DNA of 64,000 nt from contig OY820932.1 of the NCBI GenBank assembly GCA_963682015.1, forward strand, positions 23,436 to 87,435, read 5' to 3'. This document shows positions 47,793 to 56,816 of the stretch, piece by piece (position 1 is the stretch's first letter; each line of letters opens with the position of its first letter). A program made the translations under genes and the position numbers. Source of the stretch: Smithellaceae bacterium (GTDB lineage: Bacteria > Desulfobacterota > Syntrophia > Syntrophales > Smithellaceae). The notes beneath the pieces are model-generated. The model was not told where the DNA came from, searched no databases, and was given only the letters and a program-made list of their open reading frames with translations.

Positions 47793-49196
47793 TTACTTCC
47801 CCAGCCAGCAATGGAGACACAATTGATCAGCGGGAAGACCGATTGCCGCAATCATGTCTTCGATGGTCATGTATTTCAGGGATGTAACATTCAGGTCCTT
47901 CCGAATCCAGTCAATCATCGACTGATGCTTGGATGACGTTGTATCCAGATATTCCGATGGATCCTCCAGATCTTTCCCTTCCATCGCCCGCATGGCCTTG
48001 CGGCATGCCAGTTCTGATGTAGATCGGGTTGAAGAGGCATAAATACAGGGAAACATTAATGGCGGACAGGCGGGACGAATATGTATTTCCTTGGCCCCAT
48101 TGTCCCATAATTTTTTTACCGTTAAATTTTTTAATTGTGTTCCTCGCACAATGGAGTCATCACAAATGATCATCCGGTTTCCGTTAATCACATCCCTCAC
48201 TGCAACAAGTTTCATGGTGGCCACCAGATCACGAATTTCCTGTGTTGGCGGTGTATAACTTCGTCCGTAACCGGGAGTGTATTTTACCAGGGGGCGTCGG
48301 TAGGGAATACCGGACTCCATTGCGTAACCGATGGCATGCCCGACCCCGGAATCAGGTACACCAGCTACAAAATCCGCCTCGACATTATCACGCTTGGCGA
48401 GATAGCTTCCACAGCGCTCACGGGTTCTTTCGACACTGATGTCTTCATAAATGGACGAAGGGGAACCAGTATAGATCCAGAGGAAAGAACATATTTTTTT
48501 CTGATTTCCCTCCGGTTTAAGTTGTTTGATGCCCTCCGGAGACATCAAGACAATTTCCCCCGGCCCGAGAAATCTTTTCAGCTCATATCCGAGATTTTCA
48601 AAAGAACTTGCTTCCGTGGCAACGACATATGATTTTCTACCCTGATCTTTGCACTGCCCGAGAGCCAGCGGAAAACGCCCGAATTTGTCACGGGCGGCGT
48701 ATATCCCTTCCGGTGTCAGTACCAGGACACAGATAGACCCCTCAATAATCCCTCGCATGGATGCAATGCCTTCAACAATATTATCGCCCCGGTTGATCAG
48801 GAAAGCGACAACTTCAGCATTGTTAACGCCTCCGCCAGCCATTTCTGTAAAGGAAGCCCCTTCATTCAGAAGCTCGTTTACCAGCTCATTTTTATTGCTG
48901 ATCAGACCCGCCGCCACAACTGCATAGATCCCGAACTTGGAGCGGAAAATCAGTGGTTGCGGTGATTCATCATCGATAGCTCCAATTCCGAAGCACCCTT
49001 CCAGCTTTTTATAATCATCGACAAATCGGGATTTGAATTGCGCCTGCGATATCCCATGAATCGTGTTATAAAATCCTTTGGAACCGTATACAGCCATGCC
49101 TCCGTGTTCGGTTCCCAGATGAGAATGGTAATCCGTTCCGTAAAACAGTGTTTGAACACAATTATCTTGAGTAACTACTCCAAAAAGACCTCCCAT
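47793..49196 (-). CDS. Amidophosphoribosyltransferase-like protein (PurF family fold) lacking the N-terminal catalytic Cys
   Basis: PRTase motif MIICDDSIVRGTQL and PurF-like Cys positions (CSFLWIY; PPLMFPC; LCLHCWLG). The N-terminus is MGGLFGV instead of MCG(I/V)xG. The start is well defined by a GGAAGGAAGGA RBS and lies 17 nt after the coaD stop. Confidence 0.8.
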   Translation of the reverse strand: MGGLFGVVTQDNCVQTLFYGTDYHSHLGTEHGGMAVYGSKGFYNTIHGISQAQFKSRFVDDYKKLEGCFGIGAIDDESPQPLIFRSKFGIYAVVAAGLISNKNELVNELLNEGASFTEMAGGGVNNAEVVAFLINRGDNIVEGIASMRGIIEGSICVLVLTPEGIYAARDKFGRFPLALGQCKDQGRKSYVVATEASSFENLGYELKRFLGPGEIVLMSPEGIKQLKPEGNQKKICSFLWIYTGSPSSIYEDISVERTRERCGSYLAKRDNVEADFVAGVPDSGVGHAIGYAMESGIPYRRPLVKYTPGYGRSYTPPTQEIRDLVATMKLVAVRDVINGNRMIICDDSIVRGTQLKNLTVKKLWDNGAKEIHIRPACPPLMFPCIYASSTRSTSELACRKAMRAMEGKDLEDPSEYLDTTSSKHQSMIDWIRKDLNVTSLKYMTIEDMIAAIGLPADQLCLHCWLGK

Positions 49197-49213
49197 GGTA
49201 TCCTTCCTTCCGG

Positions 49214-49729
49214 TTACTTCCTGTTACTTGCAATATTGAATTTTTCCATTAATTTCTGATAGACATTCTCCGGCACAAGACCTTTGACCGTTCCGCCCAG
49301 ACTGGCCACTTCCTTGATCAGTTTGGAACTGGTATAAAACCACCTGTATCCGCTCATTAAAAAAACCGTTTCTATATTCTTCGTCTGTCGCCGGTTCATC
49401 AAAGCCATTTGAAATTCATATTCAAAATCAGAAAGAGCGCGCATGCCTCGTAAAATCGTGCTGGCGCCGGAACTTTTAAGATATTCAATTAAAAGGCCAT
49501 CATGAGAATCCACCCGGATTCCTTCATGCCCCTGAAAGATGTCCCGGATAAATTGACACCGTTCCTCCACTGTAAATAAAGATGATTTGTTCGGGTTATA
49601 AGCTACCAGAACAATAATTTCATCGAAAATTCTGCTCCCTCTTTTGATAATATCCACGTGACCATTGGTGATTGGATCAAATGAACCAGGATAAATTGCA
49701 ATTTTATTATCGAATTTCTCTTGTATCAT
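49214..49729 (-). CDS. coaD: Pantetheine-phosphate adenylyltransferase
   Basis: AIYPGSFDPITNGHVDII (HxGH-type), ISSS/TSS motif, ~165 aa. Confidence 0.93.
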   Translation of the reverse strand: MIQEKFDNKIAIYPGSFDPITNGHVDIIKRGSRIFDEIIVLVAYNPNKSSLFTVEERCQFIRDIFQGHEGIRVDSHDGLLIEYLKSSGASTILRGMRALSDFEYEFQMALMNRRQTKNIETVFLMSGYRWFYTSSKLIKEVASLGGTVKGLVPENVYQKLMEKFNIASNRK

Positions 49730-50280
49730 TCAATGCCCATCCTTATGAAAGTTAATAAATTGTCTCCGTACTTTCTCTGATCCGACAGGAACCAGCCATC
49801 CGCCAGTTCGTTCAACTGTTCTCTGACGGAATGTTGCAGCACAAGCAAACCATTTTTTTGCAATACAGGATTTTCATACAATGTCTTCAACGTCTCTCCT
49901 ATAAATCCCTCATTATAGGGGGGATCTGCAAAGATCACATCAAACATGCTTTTTTTACGGCTTAGACTACTCAGAGCCGAATGAACATCAGCCTGCATAA
50001 TTACGCATTTTTCATCATAACCGCATACAGAAACATTCTGGCGAAGAACTGCAATAAGGGTTTTACTCTTTTCTACAAAAGTAACCTTATGTGCGCCCCG
50101 GCTCGCAGCCTCCAGACCGACAGCCCCGGATCCGGCAAACAAGTCCAGAAAGTTTTGATCCGGTTGCAGTCGCAATACGTTAAAAAGAGCTTCCCTCAAA
50201 AAATCGGTAGTCGGTCTTTGTGCGCATCGCGCTGGAAAATTCAATGTCCTTCCCTTTGCTTCACCTCCGGAAATTCGCAT
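49726..50280 (-). CDS. rsmD: 16S rRNA (guanine966-N2)-methyltransferase
   Basis: RI.GG..KGR.L.......RPT.D..REALFN, DLFAGSGA.GLEA.SRGA, and DPPY. Overlaps coaD by 4 nt. Confidence 0.9.
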   Translation of the reverse strand: MRISGGEAKGRTLNFPARCAQRPTTDFLREALFNVLRLQPDQNFLDLFAGSGAVGLEAASRGAHKVTFVEKSKTLIAVLRQNVSVCGYDEKCVIMQADVHSALSSLSRKKSMFDVIFADPPYNEGFIGETLKTLYENPVLQKNGLLVLQHSVREQLNELADGWFLSDQRKYGDNLLTFIRMGIE

Positions 50281-50303
50281 ATCATTTCCACGTATTGAGT
50301 CCG

Positions 50304-51077
50304 TTATGAAGGAACCTGGCTTCCCTGGTCATTCTGACGCGGTTTTTTTAATAATTTCAAGACCCACCAGACAGGGCCGGATATTGCGTATCCGGTCATG
50401 ATAACAAACGCCATGATTTCCGGTTTATAATAAATGATTAACACGATCCCGATAACGGCAACCAGTATTTTAAAAGGCATCCGTGAGCGAAGATTCATTT
50501 TTTTAAAACTGTAGTACTTGATACTGCTGACCATCAGCAGCGATAAAACCACCGTAAGAATCAGAATAATGTGGTAAGGATCATGCAATGTTCCTTCAAA
50601 GCCGATATGGTCAAAAAAAATCACAGTTGTGGCAATCACGCATGCGGCCGCGGGAATGGGCAAACCGTTGAATACGCTGCTGTCAATAAGTCCGATTTGA
50701 ATGTTATACCGCGCCAGTCGCAGCGCCCCGCAGGTAACAAAGAGAAAACCGGCAATCAGGCCTGCTTTTCCGTCAAACGTCATGGCCCAGTTGAATGCCA
50801 GCAGAGACGGTGCTACACCAAAGGCAACCAAATCTGCCAAAGAATCATATTCGGCTCCAAATTTACTGGTGGTATTTGTCATCCGGGCGATTCTCCCATC
50901 CAGTCCGTCAAATATCAGGGAGACGATGATGGCAATGGCCGCCGGATAGAATTTCTCCTGAATAGAAGAAATGATCGAAAAAAAGCCCATGAATAAACTG
51001 GCGGAGGTGAAAAGATTTGGTAAAACGAATATGCCTTTTTTGATTCGGATATTCTTAATTCGATGTTCTTGATTCAT
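50304..51077 (-). CDS. pssA: CDP-diacylglycerol--serine O-phosphatidyltransferase
   Basis: CDP-alcohol phosphatidyltransferase motif DGLDGRIAR....S.FG.EYDSLADLV, multiple TM helices. Confidence 0.92.
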   Translation of the reverse strand: MNQEHRIKNIRIKKGIFVLPNLFTSASLFMGFFSIISSIQEKFYPAAIAIIVSLIFDGLDGRIARMTNTTSKFGAEYDSLADLVAFGVAPSLLAFNWAMTFDGKAGLIAGFLFVTCGALRLARYNIQIGLIDSSVFNGLPIPAAACVIATTVIFFDHIGFEGTLHDPYHIILILTVVLSLLMVSSIKYYSFKKMNLRSRMPFKILVAVIGIVLIIYYKPEIMAFVIMTGYAISGPVWWVLKLLKKPRQNDQGSQVPS

Positions 51078-51715
51078 GAGAGATATCCCAAGTGTGTTTG
51101 TCCTGCTCTGACTTTATCACCCAGTTTTACATCAATTCGGGAATCCGTAGGTAAAAAGATCTCAACGCGAGACCCAAACCGAATCAGGCCGAACCTCTCT
51201 CCTTTGTCCATTTTGGCGCCTTCCTGCGTCCAGCAGACAATTCTTCTGGCGATAAGCCCGGCGATTTGAACAACCCAAATCGCTCGCCCGTCCTGGGTGC
51301 GAATCATTAATTCATTACGTTCATTCTCCGCTGATGCCTTATCCAGATTGGCCGAGAGAAATTTCCCCTTGTGATAACAAATTTTTTCAATCGTTCCCTT
51401 GTAAGGAGTCCGGTTCACATGAACATTGAAAACATTCATAAAGATACTGATTTTTTTAAATTGACCTGTTATTGTCCCCTGCACATCCACATCTTCGATC
51501 CGGATTACCTTACCGTCGGCGGGAGAGATGATCAGCTTGTCTTCGTCGATAAACGGCCTTTCCGGATTCCGGAAAAAGCAGATGATAAATACCGTTATTG
51601 CGGCCAGAATGATTGCCAGCCAGAGGATATCGAAAAAAAAGGCAAGGATTGTGAGGATAAGGGAAAGGATGATGAAAGGAAAACCTTCTTGAGCAATAAT
51701 ACTATTATGTTTCAT
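51074..51715 (-). CDS. psd: Phosphatidylserine decarboxylase (short, PSD-C/archaetidylserine-type)
   Basis: N-terminal TM helices, SPADG, and the GxS-type cleavage region (FGSR: RFGLIRFGSRVEIFLP). Overlaps pssA by 4 nt. Confidence 0.88.
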   Translation of the reverse strand: MKHNSIIAQEGFPFIILSLILTILAFFFDILWLAIILAAITVFIICFFRNPERPFIDEDKLIISPADGKVIRIEDVDVQGTITGQFKKISIFMNVFNVHVNRTPYKGTIEKICYHKGKFLSANLDKASAENERNELMIRTQDGRAIWVVQIAGLIARRIVCWTQEGAKMDKGERFGLIRFGSRVEIFLPTDSRIDVKLGDKVRAGQTHLGYLS

Positions 51716-51865
51716 ACAGTATTTTTTCTTTCCTCAAATGAGGTTTTGTTGATATATGAATTGAGAGCGCTTGTCAATAAATCTTTGCCTGATAATCCGG
51801 ACTATATGCTTGACATTACAGACCCAAAATATATATTTAGCGAAAAAATGATGGGGGACTAAAAA

Positions 51866-52120
51866 ATGGCCAATAAAGTAAAAATGTATACCCTGAGCAC
51901 ATGTAGCCATTGCAAAGCGGCTAAAAAGTTTTTGAATGATCATCATGTCGTTTTTGACGCAACAGATGTCGATCTGTTGCAGGGCGCAGCAAGGGAAGCC
52001 ACTTTAAACGAAGTTGTTCAATATAACCCCCAGCGTTCTTTTCCGACGATTATTATCGGTGAAAAAATAATTATCGGGTTTAGAGAAGACGTTATTCGTG
52101 AGGCTCTCGGACTTTCATGA
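51866..52120 (+). CDS. Glutaredoxin-like small redox protein (CxxC = CSHC)
   Basis: 84 aa thioredoxin-fold pattern: VKMYTLSTCSHCKAAKKFL...FPTIIIGEKIIIGF. Its stop overlaps the next start (ATGA). Confidence 0.85.
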   Translation: MANKVKMYTLSTCSHCKAAKKFLNDHHVVFDATDVDLLQGAAREATLNEVVQYNPQRSFPTIIIGEKIIIGFREDVIREALGLS

Positions 52121-52449
52121 CATCTTCTGAACTTTATGACTTGCTAAAGAAAGCCCAGGAACCGAAAGGTTATTTTTTCAATAAAGATAAAGACTGGGTG
52201 CTTTCCATCCTGTCTGATCTTCTGATCAACAAGGAACGATACGGTTACACTTCCTGTCCCTGCCGACTGGCATCGGGCAATCGCGATCATGACCGTGATA
52301 TCATGTGCCCCTGTGTTTACAGAACCGAAGATGTAAAAGAATACGGAAGCTGCTACTGCAATTTATACGTTTCGCAGGACTGGAATGAAGATAAGATTCC
52401 ACACCGGTATGTCCCGGAAAGAAGATCACCGGATAAAATATTTTTTTGA
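52117..52449 (+). CDS. Ferredoxin:thioredoxin reductase catalytic-subunit homolog (variant CPC...CPC...CYC)
   Basis: SCPCRLASGNRDHDRDIMCPCVYRTEDVKEYGSCYCNLY, 110 aa. Translationally coupled to the Grx-like gene. Confidence 0.85.
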   Translation: MTSSELYDLLKKAQEPKGYFFNKDKDWVLSILSDLLINKERYGYTSCPCRLASGNRDHDRDIMCPCVYRTEDVKEYGSCYCNLYVSQDWNEDKIPHRYVPERRSPDKIFF

Positions 52450-52527
52450 TTTCTAATCATACTGCTTTAATCATGAGCAAAAGATTTCATTGAAACCCGA
52501 GCGGGGCTAATATTTTTATCTTATTTA

Positions 52528-52556
52528 TTGACAAAATATTAAAGTAACAATAAGTT
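52528..52556 (+). promoter_or_regulatory. Putative sigma-70 promoter for the small region-4 protein gene
   Basis: TTGACA (52528-52533), then 17 nt, then TAAGTT (52551-52556), 33 nt before the ATG. A short GTAAC/GTTAC inverted repeat overlaps the -10. Confidence 0.4.
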
Positions 52557-52589
52557 ACGCCCGATTTAACACTGCGAAAGGATCATTTC

Positions 52590-52874
52590 ATGATTAACCA
52601 ATATATTTGCAAGAAAAAAGGGAGTTTAATAGCGGAAATTTGCACGGATACTACCTGTGAGTGGCGTCTGAAAAATGAATCGTTTTTAAATTGCACCTGG
52701 GTAGCCTGTAATTACGGACCTTTCACTCTTGAAGAAGTCGGCGATATGATGGGTGTCACCAGAGAAAGAATTCGTCAAATTGAAGCTAAAGCTCTTAAAA
52801 AGCTCCAACATAAAAAAAGGCGGGATCAACTCAAAGATTTCGCCGCTCCCGGAAACGACTGGGATAACCTGTAA
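52590..52874 (+). CDS. Small Cys-rich protein with a sigma-70 region-4-type HTH only
   Basis: The C-terminal half [29 protein letters not shown] is a textbook sigma-70 region 4.2 HTH. The N-terminal 40 aa carries 5 Cys (C7, C18, C22, C35, C40). No region 2 or 3 is present. Confidence 0.7.
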   Translation: MINQYICKKKGSLIAEICTDTTCEWRLKNESFLNCTWVACNYGPFTLEEVGDMMGVTRERIRQIEAKALKKLQHKKRRDQLKDFAAPGNDWDNL

Positions 52875-52954
52875 ATTCAACAATTTTCAGATTATAGTTG
52901 ATGCTGATTTATCACTGCTGGCAAATGTTGCGTTTTAATTGAACGGTGATTTTG

Positions 52955-53728
52955 CTATTTCTGTTTTTTCTTGCGCAGCTTTTCCAGGAATAGAACTTCA
53001 TTCATGTAAATCTTGCGTTCATCACGCGCAAACAGCATGCCACCAATAGACAATTCCATATCCAGCGCGGCAATTTTGTCCATCCTGGGAACCACTGAGC
53101 AGATATTTTTAAGCTCTTCCAAGGCTTTTGTTGAACGATTAGACAGGGTTTCCGCCATTTTTTCGGCTTCCTGCATAAACTTTTCGGGGGGCGCAACTTT
53201 GTTCACCAGTCCGATTCTTTCCGCTTCATTCGCACCTATCGGTTCACCCAGCATGACAATTTCTTTTGCTTTGGTTACACCGACAATCTGGCTTAACGGA
53301 TAAAAGAGCGGACTCAAACCGAATTTTAATTCCGGATGACAAAAAATAGCGCTTTCCGAAGCGACAATCAGGTCACAAACCGTAACGATATTGAAGCCGC
53401 CTCCCAGAGCAATACCTCCTACAGCGGCAATGACCGGTTTTGAATAGGAATAAATCTTCTTCAGATATCTTTTCATCGACTCGAAATAATCATCAATCTC
53501 CACATTCGACAGAGAAGACATTTCCTTAATATCCATTCCAGCTGAGAAAACATACTCTCCGCCGGTGATCACCAGAGCTTTCATCTGAGTGTCATTTTCC
53601 ACATCCAGAAGCGCATGATTAAATTCCAGTCTCATTTCCTTGGACAGCGCATTCATTTCATGCGCGCGATTGAATTTAATTATGGCGTAAGCTTTGTTCT
53701 TTTCAACAATGATGTTTTTATAGTTCAT
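52955..53728 (-). CDS. Enoyl-CoA hydratase/isomerase (crotonase family)
   Basis: FSAGMDIKEM, VIAAVGGIALGGGFN....CDL..AS..A.F..PE...GL. The start overlaps the ihfB stop (ATGA). Confidence 0.88.
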   Translation of the reverse strand: MNYKNIIVEKNKAYAIIKFNRAHEMNALSKEMRLEFNHALLDVENDTQMKALVITGGEYVFSAGMDIKEMSSLSNVEIDDYFESMKRYLKKIYSYSKPVIAAVGGIALGGGFNIVTVCDLIVASESAIFCHPELKFGLSPLFYPLSQIVGVTKAKEIVMLGEPIGANEAERIGLVNKVAPPEKFMQEAEKMAETLSNRSTKALEELKNICSVVPRMDKIAALDMELSIGGMLFARDERKIYMNEVLFLEKLRKKKQK

Positions 53729-54009
53729 CTTTTTTCGTCAACCTTTAAACGGAGATCTTTGCCAGTTTTGAAAAAAGGAACTCTTCTGTCACCGAGTTCG
53801 ACCAAAGCTCCTGACTTTGGATTGCGCCCCATTCTGGGTTTCCTTGCTCTCACGGTAAATGTGCCAAACCCTCTTACTTCGACGCGTTGATCATTTTTCA
53901 TTGCATCGACCATGGAATTAAAAATCGTCTGTATGGCCAAAGCGATGTCTTTTTGAGAATATGTTTTAAATTGTTCCTGTGTTTTCCGGACTAATTCATT
54001 TCTGGTCAT
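53725..54009 (-). CDS. ihfB: Integration host factor beta subunit / HU-family DNA-binding protein
   Basis: MTRNELV......F......D...A...IF..M......RVE.RGFG.F.VR.R..R.GRNP..G..V....R.VPFFK.GK.LR. Sits downstream of rpsA as in enterobacteria. Confidence 0.88.
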   Translation of the reverse strand: MTRNELVRKTQEQFKTYSQKDIALAIQTIFNSMVDAMKNDQRVEVRGFGTFTVRARKPRMGRNPKSGALVELGDRRVPFFKTGKDLRLKVDEKR

Positions 54010-54033
54010 AAAATAAACATTGCCTACCGGCGG

Positions 54034-54933
54034 TCAGGGATTATAAAGATAACTGATCCCGCTCCATCTTCTCTCAGCCTTCTGCATCACTGCCCGGCTG
54101 AACTGATTTGCGGCGCTTTCAAACATGTAATCAAAAATGGATGGATGTTTCTTTTGAGGGTAAACCAGATCGTATTTTCCGCTGCTGCCGGCCAGTTCAC
54201 TGGCCAGTTTCGCCGCAGACGCCAGATCGCCAAGTTGATCGACCAGACCATACTCTTTTGCTTTGCGCCCCGAGAAAACACGTCCATCGCCTATCGCAAC
54301 AACCCGCTCTCGCGGAATTTTTCGATCCCGAACAATTACATCAATAAACTGATTGTAAATATCATCCACCAGTTCCTGGATAATGACGCGTTCTTCCGGC
54401 GTCATCTCCCGCATCGGCGAACCGATATCCTTATACTGACCGCTCTTGACAACGGACGACTTGACGCCGACTTTTTTCAGGAGTTCTTCCACATTGGCAA
54501 ACTGCATAATGGCTGAGATGCTGCCGGTAATGGTTCCCGGATTGGCAACGATTTTGTTACCCGCACAGGCTATTAAAAGACCTCCGGACGCGGCAACTGA
54601 TCCCATTGATACAACCACTTTTTTCTTTTTCTTGAGTTCAACAATTGCATCATAAATTTCCTGGGATGCGGCAACGCCGCCACCAGGTGAATCAATGCGG
54701 ACAACTACAGCCACAATGGAATCGTCTTTTAAAAAATCGTCAATATATCCGTTTATCTCCATTGAATCAGCAATTACACCTTCAACAGGGACCACGCCTA
54801 TTTTATCATTGAGAGAAAAGCTTTGTGTACCCTTATTTCCGGCATGAACTCCTGCACGATAGAAGAAAAAATAGAGAACAACGCCCAGAGCGATCAGTAT
54901 AACCAATCCCAAGATAACCGGATGCTTCCTCAT
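54034..54933 (-). CDS. sppA: Signal peptide peptidase SppA (36 kDa type)
   Basis: N-terminal TM, IDSPGG, catalytic Ser region MGSVAASGG, and Lys region (SGQYKD), ~300 aa. Confidence 0.9.
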   Translation of the reverse strand: MRKHPVILGLVILIALGVVLYFFFYRAGVHAGNKGTQSFSLNDKIGVVPVEGVIADSMEINGYIDDFLKDDSIVAVVVRIDSPGGGVAASQEIYDAIVELKKKKKVVVSMGSVAASGGLLIACAGNKIVANPGTITGSISAIMQFANVEELLKKVGVKSSVVKSGQYKDIGSPMREMTPEERVIIQELVDDIYNQFIDVIVRDRKIPRERVVAIGDGRVFSGRKAKEYGLVDQLGDLASAAKLASELAGSSGKYDLVYPQKKHPSIFDYMFESAANQFSRAVMQKAERRWSGISYLYNP

Positions 54934-54934
54934 T

Positions 54935-56710
54935 TTATTCCTTTGCCTGGCCCCCGATTTTCACATCTGCCAGAGCCTGCGCAAGATTCGATCCGATATT
55001 TTCACGGTTATTAATATACTGACTCGACGCATTTGCAGGAGCAGGAGCCGGTGCTTCCATCTCTTTGATGCTCAAACGGATTTTCTTTGTTTTCACATCA
55101 ATGCTTTTCACAATTGCGGAAACCGTGTCGCCAATATTGTACAATTCTGCGGATGACTTCACACGTTTGGAACTGATTTCTGAAATATGCACAAGGCCTT
55201 CAATTCCGTCTTCTATTTCAACAAAAATTCCAAAATCGGTAAAGTTAGTTATTTTTCCGGTAACCACGCTGCCCGGCGCATATTTCTGCGGCAATTCTTC
55301 CCAGGGATTCTTTTCAATTTGCTTAATGCCCAGTGAGAACTTCTCATTGTCAACGTCTATGTTCAACACAACAGCTTCGACTTCCTGCCCTTTTTTGAAA
55401 TATTCGGAAGGATGGGTAACTCTGTGTTTCCATGAAATATCGGACACATGAACCAACCCGTCAATTCCGTCTTCAATTCCAATAAATACTCCAAAATTCG
55501 TTATATTGCGTACGAGGCCCTTGACCACCGTGCCAACCGGATACTTTTCTTTGAGCTTTTCCCATGGATTGGCTGTAGTCTGCTTCAGACTCAGGGACAC
55601 GCGTTTCGCTTCAGGATTGACTTCCAGTACGACCACATTCAGCGTATCGCCTACGTTTAACACTTTGGAGGGATGTTTAATTTCTCTGGTCCAGTACATC
55701 TCCGATATATGAACAAGTCCTTCCACTCCCGGTTCCAGTTCAATAAAAACACCGTAATCCGTCAGATTGACCACTTTTCCCTGAACCAGCGCTCCTACCG
55801 GATACTTTTCTGAAATATGTTCCCAGGGATTTTCATGAAGCTGTTTCAATCCCAGAGACACTCTTTCTTTTTCTCTGTCAAACGAAAGGATCTTTACTGT
55901 AATTTTTTCACCTTTATGAAACAGCTCCGAAGGCTTTGCTATTCTTCCCCAGGAGATATCCGTCACATGGAGCAATCCGTCAATTCCGCCCAAGTCAATA
56001 AATATTCCGTAATCCGTAATATTCTTGATGACGCCCTCGACAATGCTGCCTTCTGCGATATTGTTCAGAGTGTCTTTTTTCTCATTCTCTCTTTCACTGG
56101 CCACAATAGAACGCCTGGACAAAACGACATTGTTACGTTTGCGGTCATATTTCAAGATATGAAAATCCATTGTCTGGCCAATGAACTGATCCAGATCCTT
56201 GACGGGCCGGACGTCGATCTGGGATCCGGGCAGAAAAGCGATAATCCCGATATCAACGGAAAGACCGCCTTTTACCTTCTCTACAACAGTCCCTTTAATC
56301 GTGAGATTGTTTTCACTGACATGCTTGATTTCATCCCAGACTTTCAGTTTAGCCGCTTTCTCACGGGATAAAACCAGATTTCCTTCTGAATCTCTTTTGT
56401 CGATAAATACTTCTATATTGTCACCCACGGAAATATTTACATTTCCCTGAGCATCTTTAATTTCCCGGATCGGAATAAAACCTTCCGTTTTCCAGCCCAC
56501 ATCCACCATGACGATATCCGATGTGATCTGCACAACTTTGCCACGGGCAATGTCTCCATACTGCAACTGGTTCAGACTTTGCTCGTAAAGTTCCTTAAAA
56601 CCCATATCTTCTTCTTTGGACAGGCCAGACAAGTTGGATGAGCCGGAAATCGAAGAGTCGGCTTTAGCCTCCTTTTCATTTTTTAAGTTCGTGTTGTTAT
56701 TGTTAACCAT
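54935..56710 (-). CDS. rpsA: 30S ribosomal protein S1
   Basis: Six S1 repeats (recurrent G..V.G.V..I...G.FV....G..GL.H.SE patterns), 591 aa, in a cmk-rpsA context. Confidence 0.95.
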   Translation of the reverse strand: MVNNNNTNLKNEKEAKADSSISGSSNLSGLSKEEDMGFKELYEQSLNQLQYGDIARGKVVQITSDIVMVDVGWKTEGFIPIREIKDAQGNVNISVGDNIEVFIDKRDSEGNLVLSREKAAKLKVWDEIKHVSENNLTIKGTVVEKVKGGLSVDIGIIAFLPGSQIDVRPVKDLDQFIGQTMDFHILKYDRKRNNVVLSRRSIVASERENEKKDTLNNIAEGSIVEGVIKNITDYGIFIDLGGIDGLLHVTDISWGRIAKPSELFHKGEKITVKILSFDREKERVSLGLKQLHENPWEHISEKYPVGALVQGKVVNLTDYGVFIELEPGVEGLVHISEMYWTREIKHPSKVLNVGDTLNVVVLEVNPEAKRVSLSLKQTTANPWEKLKEKYPVGTVVKGLVRNITNFGVFIGIEDGIDGLVHVSDISWKHRVTHPSEYFKKGQEVEAVVLNIDVDNEKFSLGIKQIEKNPWEELPQKYAPGSVVTGKITNFTDFGIFVEIEDGIEGLVHISEISSKRVKSSAELYNIGDTVSAIVKSIDVKTKKIRLSIKEMEAPAPAPANASSQYINNRENIGSNLAQALADVKIGGQAKE

Positions 56711-56816
56711 TTACCTAATACCCCCTAAGTTTTCTGAAGCGATTTTTAATCGTTGATGCCTAACATACGGAAAATTAAATAGCAAGACAAATCAGGCACT
56801 AATTGAATATCGTCCA

